The translations under genes and the position numbers were made by a program. Shown one piece after another: positions 48,101-60,000 of a DNA stretch of 64,000 nt. Every line of letters begins with the position of its first letter. Within the stretch, counting starts at the first letter, position 1. Origin of the DNA: Aplysia californica (taxonomy: Eukaryota); assembly GCF_000002075.1 (NCBI RefSeq), contig NW_004797358.1, positions 612,539 through 676,538 of the forward strand, in the 5' to 3' direction. The notes beneath the pieces were generated by a model. That model saw nothing but the letters and a program-made list of their open reading frames with translations. It was not told the origin of the DNA and made no database searches.

Positions 48101-51100
48101 CCTTCCTCTTTTTTTTACCTTTTTTCCTTTTTCTCCTACTCCATGCAAGAGTTGGAACTTTTTGCAGATTATGTACAGACTGTGAGTTTTTCATCTCTCA
48201 ATGAAATCAGTCTTTTTACTCAGATTGCCAGTTTACTCATAGAACATTTTTCTCAGCTTTCAGATCAGTAAATAATTTTTTTGAAATCTGTTCAGTGTGT
48301 CCAAACTTGACTTTCTTTGCAAAAAATGGCATCACTTATTCAGTGTTAACAGCTATATCTTCATCAAAATGAAACGTATTGGTTGCTGTGTGTTATAACA
48401 TATTACAATTTTTATACCAATTGTTTTTGTAATCTGAGCTATAAGTTTCTAGAACAATCTTTGCCTCAAATTTTCAATAGTCTGTCTTATATATATTTCT
48501 CTTATCTTATTTTTTTTCTGGCTTCCAGTCTAATTATTTTTGTCATTGTCTACAGGATTTTATTCACAATGATAGATATCTCAAATGACTTTGACAACAC
48601 GTCATTTTGGTGGCAGGCACATATTTTTTACTTTCAGGCTCATGGAGAATAATAAACATTACGGCTTGTTAGGTGCATGCAGCTGTCATTCAATAAAATT
48701 TGCAGCTCTGTCGATGGTCTAATATCGATTAGAGCTTGGTCAAGATGATCTACTCTTCTTCTAACTACACTATTCCAGCCAAAGCAACTGCAAACTGAGT
48801 TCACAATACTGTTGTTGTAACATTTATGCTTTCATCCTTCTATTAGGACACCTCATCCTGTTGCATGTTCATTCATACTGCGAGCCTGGTGCGAACCTGT
48901 TATGTGGTGTTTTATTAATTAAGCTCCATATTATATATACAAGGATGGTGGATAGGCAGCGGTGTCCATGAACGGATGTACTCTGTGTGTATTCTCTACA
49001 GGACCAATGACCATGAATATGGTCCCATGGTTGACACCCCCCCGCCCCCCCTCCCCCTTTATGTACTTAGGTAGACTTCATGTCCCTCTAGTTTGTCAGT
49101 TAATAATGACGGTACAGGTAACATCTGTATCATCGGTCAGTTGTTGCTATGTACTAAGCAAAAAGAATTTTGAAAATGTTTATTATTGTAGTTTCTTAAT
49201 CTGTGGTATAGATTCTAGATCTAGTTTGCATTTGCTCAAGAATTATTTTAGCAAAATTCAAATTCAAATTAATTTTTTTTAAAGAGGAAAAATACATAAT
49301 ATTGATACAATTTTGTCAAATGTTTCTCTCTCCTGAAAAACTTTGCTTTCTCTGTGCCGTACATTTTAACAGCAGGCTGATGATATGTTGATATGTTTGT
49401 ATTTATGAGCAATTTTATACCAATACCCTATTAAGTTTTCTTTTTTAATGTGTGGCCCTGTTACAGAGGTCTATGCCAACCAGAGGGAGAATGCAACAAC
49501 ATCCAAACTGTCCTGGGTAATGACTACTGTTCCGATATTGGTGATCGCGTACTTGTTCCACTCAACATTCACTTGTTCAATGTATGGTAAGTGAAATTTA
49601 TTGAAACCTGCCTGATACTGAGGATCAGAAAAGCACATGTTATGTGAGTCATCATGGTGAAATCAGGCACTCGTCAAAATGATGAAATCAAAGAAATTAG
49701 CATTTTTCTGGCTGTTGAGTAATTTTTATTTTTAACATTTTTTTTAGCTCAACACCTTTTACATCCAATTAAAAACACATTTGTGAGTGGATTTTACTGA
49801 AAAACATTGATTGAAGGCACAAACCATGTAAATTTTCATTTTCCAAGGACTGTCAAGCTATGGAAATTACCCAATTTTGGCAGCCATTTTCTTGCCAATT
49901 TTACCTCTGAAACCAGGCAACCCTGACCTCCTTCCATTGCAAATATCTCGACTTTAATTCAACATAAATGGATATTTTTTGTCTTTTTTGTCTTTAGGCC
50001 TTTCCCAAAGAGGAGATATTTACATGTTAGTATGCATAGTAGAATTGTTAATAGGCTGACTTATTAATGTCATGCTCATACTGTGCCGAAACAACATAAG
50101 GGGAACTGCTGTTTTTTCTTTCCTCATCCTTACTATCGTTGTTTTTCCTCTACTTCTTTTGCCTGTTTGTCACTCTCTTGTGACCTGCTATTTTTGGGGT
50201 GCCTTAATAGTCGAAGCAGACTATGTGCTGTTGAGGCTAGAGAGATGAGCAGAGTAAGCCTGATTCCCCGTTTGGACTTCTCTGTTGACATCCACCCTTT
50301 AGCGCTCATATGACCTTATACAGTTCCGAGCGCCGTAAAACCTTACTTTGAAAATAATTATTTTTTTTAGGATATTTTTTTTCACCAAATGAAAGGCAAA
50401 TGAACAGGCTTTAAGATCATACCAGTAACCCCGTATGTCCAAAGATTGACTACGCCTGATTCCACTGCATTGTCGCCCAGATATGTCGCAGTGTGTTTGA
50501 ATCAGGCACTGGTCCATTCTTTTGTTTGTTTTAGTGGAGGTTTTACGGCGCTCACAGCTGCATAAGGTCATATGAGCGCCAGAAGATTATAAGAGGTGTT
50601 ACAAGAGAGTAACAAAGATAAAAAAGAAGGAGGTGGAGATAAGGATGATAGATGTTTGATAGGAAAGAAGAAGCAAACCTCACCAGAGTACCTGCCAACC
50701 ACCCACGGTCCATTCTTTGGCATATAGAATTATTGCTGTCAAATTAAAGACTGTCGGGGTTTTTTTTAACTTGGTGAAAAAAGGGTTGATTTATCTTGCC
50801 TAGAATTGGAGATATATGTGGTTTAAGAAAGCAGGGGTTAACTGATGATACTGGTAAAATTAGCAAATGGCCACTAAAGTTTGGTGGCTGGTAAAACTGA
50901 ATACTTGTATGCAGTCTACAAAATAATATATTTTTGCCTGTAAACCACATTTATCTGTAGAATTCACCTTAAAATATGCTCTTTAATGGATGGAGAAGGT
51001 TTCAGTGCAAAAAAAAAATTATTATTCAGTAGAGATCGCCCAACAGTAAAAAAAAAAATATTGATTTAACTCCATTCCCTAAAATTTGATTAACAGCCAA

Positions 51101-53985
51101 TTCCACTGCAATGACTCACATATATCTTCAAGTGTTTACTGCTCTATATTGAAAAAAATGAAAAGTGGTATTTTCAAACGTCATGCCTTTGTCTTTTATG
51201 TAATGTTTTACCATAAAGAACCTGCCTCTCCTGTGGATGCAACATTTTTGTGTGTTAAAAATATATCGTTTGATTCCATGAATAACAGCATATATCTACA
51301 GTATGTACCAGAGGTACCAAACTGTATGAGAGATTTTCAAGATTTTGATAATTTTATTGGATGCTTCGTGCATATATGTTAATTGTAGAGATGAACTTGC
51401 TACTCCTCTATATAACTCTGCCAGTGAATACTTTTGCAGGTTGTTTTTTTTCCAAACGATTTATGAAAAAATCACCAGTAGGTAAACAATCTTTAAATGT
51501 CGAGAAGGCATTTCCGTATGTTCCTCATGTCTTATGACACTTTTTAACACTTTTTCAAAACACAATTAAGCATGTTACCAGACATGTTTGTAAAGGTTGA
51601 TCTCTCCTTGATAGAGAGGGATCAGGTCTTAGAGCTCATGGACTTTGGCACTCACAATTTGTATTGCTTAGTCAGTGAAACATCAACAAGAACCTTTATT
51701 ATCTTTACTTATATTGGAACAGTGTATAGCCTGTTATTACTCTTTCCAACCTGCTTTATTTTGGACATTCTATATTTCTTGGTTTTACAGGTAAAACTTT
51801 CCATTTTTACCAGCCTTTAATATTTTTTGTCTTATGTTTCTGTTTGGAACAAGGGAACTTTGTGTCAGTGCAAAAAGGTTAAATATTGATTTTAAACATT
51901 CTTATTCACCTTACTGAGAAAATGCAAGTTCATCCTCAAATACCATAAAAATTGTTGCCTACATTGACTACATTGACTATATTGACTTTAGTCTTAAAAT
52001 TTGTTTCTTAAGATCAATATTTTGATTTGTTTTGATTATGAGGTAATATGTTAACTCCCACAGAACTGTCCCTAATTGCCATTTCATTTTCACATTTCAG
52101 GGAAGAAGTTGTATTACGTGATGGAAGAAGCCAGCATGCAGTGGAGGTGTTTTTGCAAACTTTAGCAAACATGCCTAAGTTTGCATATTATAATCCATCA
52201 ATGGTAAGTTGGTTCAGGGCAAATTGGGAAACAATTCTAGGACTCAACTAAATCGAAATTAACAGTGGTCTGATTCCATTTTTGCTCATTTTGGGAAAAA
52301 CACCGCAACACGGAGAAGGCTGTACATTTTTCAGCGCAATAATGGTCCAAACCCTTTACCTTCTATTATGTCATTTGATATTCTATCACTGGAGATAGCC
52401 TTCCATTTGATTCTCAAAGGAGCTCGCCATGGAAACTTAGATTTTGTCAAAATTGAAAAAGCGACAGGCACTTTTGTCGCTGTATTTTTAAATTTAAGAG
52501 CATAGCTACTCATGGTTTAGCTTGTTCATTGCTGATACAGACAATTCAGATAGTCATCGAATCTCTGACAACTGACACAGTCGGCAAGCTATTCAAATGT
52601 ACTGAAAACAGAGCAAAATTTGGCAGGAGTGTACCTCTACATTATTTTTTTTTTCATGTTTTCTTCAACATTTAAATTTTGACTTTTGACAAAATATTTA
52701 TTGAATACATACAACAGGTACCTCAGATTAGGAAACTGAAGTAAAAAAAATTTTCAGCACAGTACATCTCAACAGATTACAAACGACAGATTGATCTGTA
52801 TATTAGTATTGGAGGAAAGGAAAAACCTTTCCTACTGAATCGAGTTCATTCATTAGTGTATAAAGTTGAAGTCTTTCTATTCTATTCTTGTATACTTACT
52901 GTGACTGTTGTTTAAAGTCATAAAAAAATCTGCAAATCCCCAACATATCCATTTTGAATACAATAAAACTTTATGTTCATTGTGAAAATAATTCATTTCT
53001 TCTCTGTTTGGTGTTTATTTTATGCAAATAGGTTTAATAGGAGCAGACTTAAAGGGAATTTTATGGTTCTACAATATTGAATGACAATATCGGTTGTGGG
53101 CAAAGGTGGAATAACCTACAACTAACAGTAAATGACTTATAATACTGGAAACCAGGTGATGATCACCCTTCTGTTTAGAATAGAAGTAGATACCTGGCTA
53201 CCATGAAACTGTTGGTTTTGAAACTTACCCTGCAAACTTGTGCTTAAAGTTACTTACTTGCTAACTTTCTGGGTTGTAGAATAGGCATCATTGTAGGCAG
53301 CACAATTGCCATAGCTGCTCCTCCCTCCTCTCCAGGATCCATGAAAGGGTCTGTTTGCTGATCGTGACAGTTATCAGCTGGTTTGATATTCTTCTGGCTT
53401 TTCCACATAGATTGCTGTCACTCTCCTCCCCTCTTGAGACACGTAAAATTTGACTTGTTGACTTTAATCCTTATCCTTCCAAGAGCAGTTCTTGCCAGCT
53501 TTATGTGTTGTTTTGGGAAGGGGGTGAGGGGGGTGGATTGCTTTACTTTTAAAATAACACATTCTGTTTGTAGTAGCACTGACAAAATCCTACAAAAGCA
53601 AAAAGATGAGATTCATTAGACATTGTTGGTAAATTGTCCTACATTTTCAACTTCTCTATATCTTTCATTTATAATTAAAACCTTTTCTTTCAGGTGGCTT
53701 ATGAACCAGTGTTTTCCTTACCTACAATTTCGGTTGATATCCGTCATTCAGGTAATGTGTACAATACCCTTTGTACCGATTATTTAGAGATTATCATGTC
53801 ATGTAATAACAATGCAACCTATCAAAGAGAACAATTAGTGAAAGGGGAATATGGAGTGTCAGAAGGACAGAGATAGACAGACAGACAGGGAAAGAGATAG
53901 ACAGAATCCTAGGCAGAGAGACAAGTTAGCAAATGGACAGACACAGAAAGAGAAGAAGTGACCGACCGCCAATTAATGATTGGAC

Positions 53986-54043
<58 letters not shown>

Positions 54044-57000
54044 AAGGTCATTGGGGCACCACCTACACACCTATCTTTCAATGGTCTTAACTTCTAGTTG
54101 TTATATAATTCCACTGCATAATTTTGGGTCCACTCTTTGGCATCATCTTCTTTCATTTGGTCTTCCTATTTGAATTTTAACTTTTTTGTCCTTTTTGAAT
54201 TGTAATTTTTTATCGTAATGTCAAAACAGAATACAAAACGTATATAGCAGTTGGAAGAAAGTGATCTCTGTTGCTGACCATTAAATGTCAAGGTCAATTT
54301 TCTATGTTGGTGTTGTGTTTTTCATGGTATGAACACCTTAATTTATGAGGAAAACATGACAGTGACTAAAAAGTAATGATCATGCAAAGTTAACATATTG
54401 ATATAAACAGAAATTGCTTTGTTTTTAAATCCTTCATACCTGGTGCATATAGGAAATCGAATTCATTTGATTCAGTCAGGACCAGTGAGATTTTCTTTCT
54501 TGGAGAGGCAAAAGTTGCCATTTTAGCACAGCACAACTGATTTGATTTGCAACCCTGTAAAACGAACACATCTAATTTAATGGAATTCGATCGAATTATG
54601 GTGAAATGGCCGGTTTTGTCCCATCCATGAAGGAAATATGGCTAGCCCAGATTTAAATTGGTGAATCCAATATGCAGTGTCACTGGGAATTAGTTTTATT
54701 AGTATCTCTGTTCTGATCATATGTCTGTAACATATCTGATAATTTTGCGGAACAGTTGGAGAGGCAAGACGTCTGTGGGTCACTGTGAATCTGAATGTCT
54801 CGTTTGAGAAATTCTACACCGACCTTGAAGACAGAAGGACGAGGGAGCTGATTGAAAATATGGGGAGAGCGGTATGGATTATAACTTCACATTTGAAAGG
54901 CTGCTTTTCTATCTCAGTTTCTTTGACCCGCTACTTTGAATTGATATTCTGCATATCTAGAGAGTTTATCTTATTCAGTCAAAGCTGAAAACTAGGAAGA
55001 AAGCTGCAGGATAAATAATGTACTATGTTTCACAGGGAAAGCAAAGAAGTGTAAATATGACTTCTCGTAATATTTTCTGAGGCAAAAGAAACACGAGCAT
55101 TTGAAATATGTACAAAACACATTAAACTCAACAAAGGTTTGAAACTTAAATGTATCCTGTCAATAGGTGGGTGTTATAGTGTAGTTTTAGAGCCACTATG
55201 TTAATTCTGTGACCTTGACCTTTGGACAGGAAGTTAGTACTGTGTGTGACTTCCATTGGCTGCAATAACTGCCCTGCATGTTCAACCCATAGATAAGAGT
55301 GTTAATTTGTTAACTCTAGAACTATACACCTACCTGGCCGATGGCTGTGGCCAATTGATAAGTTGTCTGTTTCTGTGGTTGCAGCTGGTTGAGTTGCCTC
55401 TGGATAGCATCCCAAACATGCTTAGTGGCACCTTTAAGTCAGGTGAACGAGCCAGATGAGGCGAACAATTGGTGTTGTTCTGCTCCAAGAACTGCTGTGT
55501 TACAGGGGCAGTAAGAGGTCTTGTATTGTCTTGCTGAGAAAAAAAGTTTGGATGTCATTTAGTTTAGTAAGAGTTTTACAGCACTGTCTGTTCGGATGTC
55601 TGTGGAAAAAGGGTGCCACAAGAGGCTAAAGAACGTGTGCAATATAGCACTGAGCTGTGACCTCAATTCTTTGTCCATGACCCACATTCTGGAAGAAGTC
55701 TGGTCCAATTATGCTTTGATTAAAGGCAATGGTTCCCCAAAACATGCTTTCCCCTCTCCTTAGATGATGGCATCAGCATAGCATGTCAGGTATGTGCTCC
55801 TCACACGAATGTGCCTATTTGCCAGATTAGTGCAGAATATGCTCAACTATGAAATTTTAAAGGTTTTTTTTGGCCTCTTACCATACAATAAGAGTGCCTT
55901 TTATGTTAACTTTTAAGTCAGGATGAGTGTCCTATATCCTTATGTATAAGAGAAATATTGTCGGCACATAGTTTCATGGCCAGGCTGGTCTTTTACTATG
56001 ACACATTGATATTTCCTAGACATTTGCATTATTTATTAATGAGCAAACCAATCAAGGAGGACTTTACTTCTACTTTTCAGGCTACACAAAAGTTTTCCCA
56101 CTTGGGTCTTATTTATCCAGAATTCCATGGCATGGGGTAAGCATACCAAGTTTTATCAGAAATTAATCATGTGTTATAATGCAGTGGAAACAGGCTTTCA
56201 TCAATTTTTAGGCATATGGAGTTATTGGCATCATCTTAACTCATTCGCTACGCCGAGCCGTGGGGGGCGGCGCGGCTAATGTGTCGTCAGTTCGCTAAGC
56301 TGCCCCCGGCGGCTCAAGACCCGATCTTTATTTTACCTCAGATTCTATTCCAATCCACATATCCAGGTTTAAATAAAGTTCATAATATAATGTTGACTTC
56401 CGGGTCAAGCATTTCCACTGAAAATCGGAAATTTAGATTCAGTTTTGAAAGGCGATTTCGTAGTTTATTCGACTTTGTTTTATCGAGATGCCAAAATTAT
56501 AGCCCGGACACCAGTCTTAGTAATTTTACAAAACCATATCTATCATTATTTTGCCCACTTAAGAAATGTAGGACTCTTTTGTATAATATTGATACGATTG
56601 GACTCATTGCCAATGCACTGTTATTGAGAAATTAATATTTTTGAGTGCTATATCTAGATCTAGGTCTAGATCTAAATTGTCAAAATATTTTTTTCTCCCC
56701 AAAATCACTACTTTTTGATGAAATTACACAAAAAGTGCCACTCAAGACATGTATAGGTTTATTCCAAATGCAATTATGAATAATTCCATATAAGAAACGA
56801 GTGGGTTTTTTCTGTTTGTTATCGTTTTTCAAGATTATAAATTTTTATTTTTTTTCAATATCGGATGTTATGATCCAAATGTACAAATATTATGGAATGT
56901 ATGTAGATAACTGCAAACTTTTCAATATTTTCCTCTTCTATATTCATTTATGGTTATTTTGATGTATCATTTGACTAGGTGCAAACATATTTTTTAAGTT

Positions 57001-60000
57001 TCACCAAAGATTATTAATTTTTTATTTTCAAATTTTATCTGCATCCAATCAAAATTGTGTTGTATAATCGCCTCTTTCAGGAACCAAAGTTGAAAAATAC
57101 ATAAACAAACATTACAGATGTATTCTACAAACCATACTGAAAATGTTGGTATGTAATATGTTGATATTTATTTGAATTTGTGGCCCCAAAGACCTTAACC
57201 TTTTAACTGCCCACTAGTCATCATCTCTTTCGCCCTCCCGAAAAAAAATTTGTCCACAAGCCGAAAATAATACGTAGCGAATGAGTTAAGGTTTGTTCAT
57301 TTGTCTTGCTTTCGGTGAAAATATTATCCGTCTGTCTGCAATAGAAGTCTAGATTATGCGGATTTAAAGAAGTGGTTTTAGAGGTAAAATTAGAGAGAAA
57401 GTGGCCACCAAAGTTTCGTGACTTTAAAAGCTTGAGAGTCCTTGGAAACTGTAGGTTTACATTTTTTGTGCCTTAAATCAGCGTCTTTCAGTAAAAGCTA
57501 CACATCAATGTGTTTTAGATGGACATAAAGGTGTTGAGCCAAAAAATAAAAATTTGATAAAAATTGCCTAACAGAAAGAAAGATAACGTTTTCTTCGATT
57601 TCATTATTTTTACGGGTGCTTGATTTCACCATGATGCCTCACAATTGGAGCAGTTTAAGATTTCAAGCAGTTCACTATTTTCTCATTGTTTTATATTTTG
57701 TGTGAAATCGCTCTGTTGAAATAATATTGCCTTTTTTGTTACAAGGTTGCCTAGTGGTTAAGGTACTATAATACAAATGAGATGTGGCCGTGATACAAGC
57801 TGGCTTCTAAAAGCATTAACTGATCAACTGAGGAAGAAACTTACCTACCTTCTACCTAATACTGATCCTAGACCCAGCTTTGCCCGAGGGGATCCAGTCC
57901 AGTACCATCCTCGGGAATATGCAAAGGCCTACTCAAGCATCACATATATAGTGGACATTTGACTAGATGTGCCTTTACCTAACACTTTATTGGTGACTTG
58001 TGTACTCTGTTGTAGCTCGTGGGAGAGAGAGGGAGGGATGGGGGGAGAGAAACTTGCTTTGTGAGAATTATCCTCAGTAGCTAGGAATCTGTTTGATTGT
58101 GTCCTTGTTTTATTAAAAATTTGTTTTTAAGTACCAGTCCAAATAAAATATGCAAATCTTTCCTAAAATTCCTTTTGAAGACGAAACTGCACTTATGGTT
58201 TTCGTAATTCATGGATCTTATTTACTCTGCAGATCATATGAAGAGAATGATCAGTCATATGTCTCATTCCACGCAAGCCTCTTTTTCTGGACCACTGTAA
58301 ATGACTCAATAATCCAGGGAGTAGCATCTGAAGCTTTGAAAGCCCATTCCATGAACGGAGGAAGGTTTGGAGATTCTGGATATTCCTTCATCGGACCTGT
58401 TTACTTGTACCTCACTGAGGAGGACCAAAGCTCTAAGTCACCTGGTACAGCCTTAGTTAGTGGACTCTGCCAAAATCTTCTGCCTTTTGGTGTCTGAAAA
58501 TTAACGCTTATATAGTATATGGCTTGATTGATTACAGCTGTAACAAAAACCCCGCTGGTCCTTGTAATTTAAGACCAAACTGTATGTTTTAGCTTGGATG
58601 ATCCATTTCTACTCAGTTTGATCTTTATTTTATGTAACTAGGTTAAACAGGAGTGAAATTATTGGAAAGTTTTGTAATGCTGAAAACTTGGATGACAAGT
58701 TTGTTTGTGTACAAAGCAATGAGGTTATACAGTCATGGGGGCTGCTATGTGGGCGGCAACGTACGCCTGATAGAACCTGCGCTGCGCGCTGCCCGACTCT
58801 CGCACTGAAATCTAGATAGGAAAGAAGGTTTTATTCTGAGATCCTTGAGATTCAGAAAGTCAGTAGACTTATTTTATGTTTTAAAGCCCTTTTATCTCAT
58901 TACTATTACTGATATCAAAATATAGTCTATGTCCTAGCAGCTCCATACCCATTTTTAAAAAATCCAGTACCTACTTAACAAAAACGGCGAATAACTTCTC
59001 TGTTAAAGAAAGATGAAGGGAGGGGGGTGGGTGGTAAGAGTCTGAGTCTCCTTTAATAGTAAATCTACTGTACCCAGTTTGATCTATCATAGTAGTTTGC
59101 ACCTGAGATCCCATTGTTTATGATACCCGGTTCACTTAAGATTCCGTTGTTTAAAGAAGAAAAAAAAAAGAAACTACCCCCCAAAAAACAACAAATTTTG
59201 TTACAGAAAAGTCATCCCTTATAAGATCCCACTCTGGAGTCTGAAGTTCCCACACTTTAGATTTTTTTTTTTTACTGAACAAAAAAAACTTCATAGATCA
59301 TCCACACTCATACATGATACGATCACATCTCTGCTCTAAATTTCTTGACGAGTTTTACAATATTCGCCTCAGGCGCTGAGGGCCTTACAATGAAAGGATC
59401 ACACCCGGTGTGAACTTTTGGACGTCTTTGATTTCTCTGAACATCGAACTACAGCAAGGCGTGATTCAGTAGGCAGGGCCGAAAAGGCCGAATCAGATGG
59501 GATCAAATCGAACTGTGATTTCATCGGTGCTTTTGTTTTTGTGACCATCTATCACATGTGCATCCGAATTTGCTGGACAGACTTTGCGCCTGTACTCTGG
59601 GACTGTCCGGTCGCCTTTGTGTAATGTTGAGCCAGCCTTTCATTCTTAGAATTTTAATTGGTGCGTTTACAAAACAATGATGAGTTAAGACCTGAATATG
59701 AGAGGGGATTTCGGTCAGAGATGAAGGAAAGCAATAAATACTTGACAGAAGGCAAAGGGGAGGAGCAATGAGTGAGATAACGCTTTATTATTGTCATAAT
59801 AGACGAAGGAACCCAACGACATAGGTTAATTATTACCAAAGATAGTAAATAACAAGATGGGCCACTCAGCCAAAAAAGTGTCCGCAGGAAGTATGCTCTT
59901 TGCTTCAGATGGCGCTGCAGTCTGTTTTGAAGCTCTCTTTCATTTTTCCAGAAGAAGAATAGGAATAGCACCTCCTTGCGTGCGCAGATCGACTGCTGTT

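Noticed and set aside
55256-55459. Possible exon LVELPLDSIPNMLSGTFKS after a cag acceptor
   Set aside because: Wrong exit phase, and it is the antisense of a Tc1 transposase relic; the true E paralog is 56081-56136.
59461-59497. GGCC-GAAAA-GGCC-GAA hairpin resembling hammerhead stem II
   Set aside because: No CUGANGA core upstream and no GAAA/NUH stem III.
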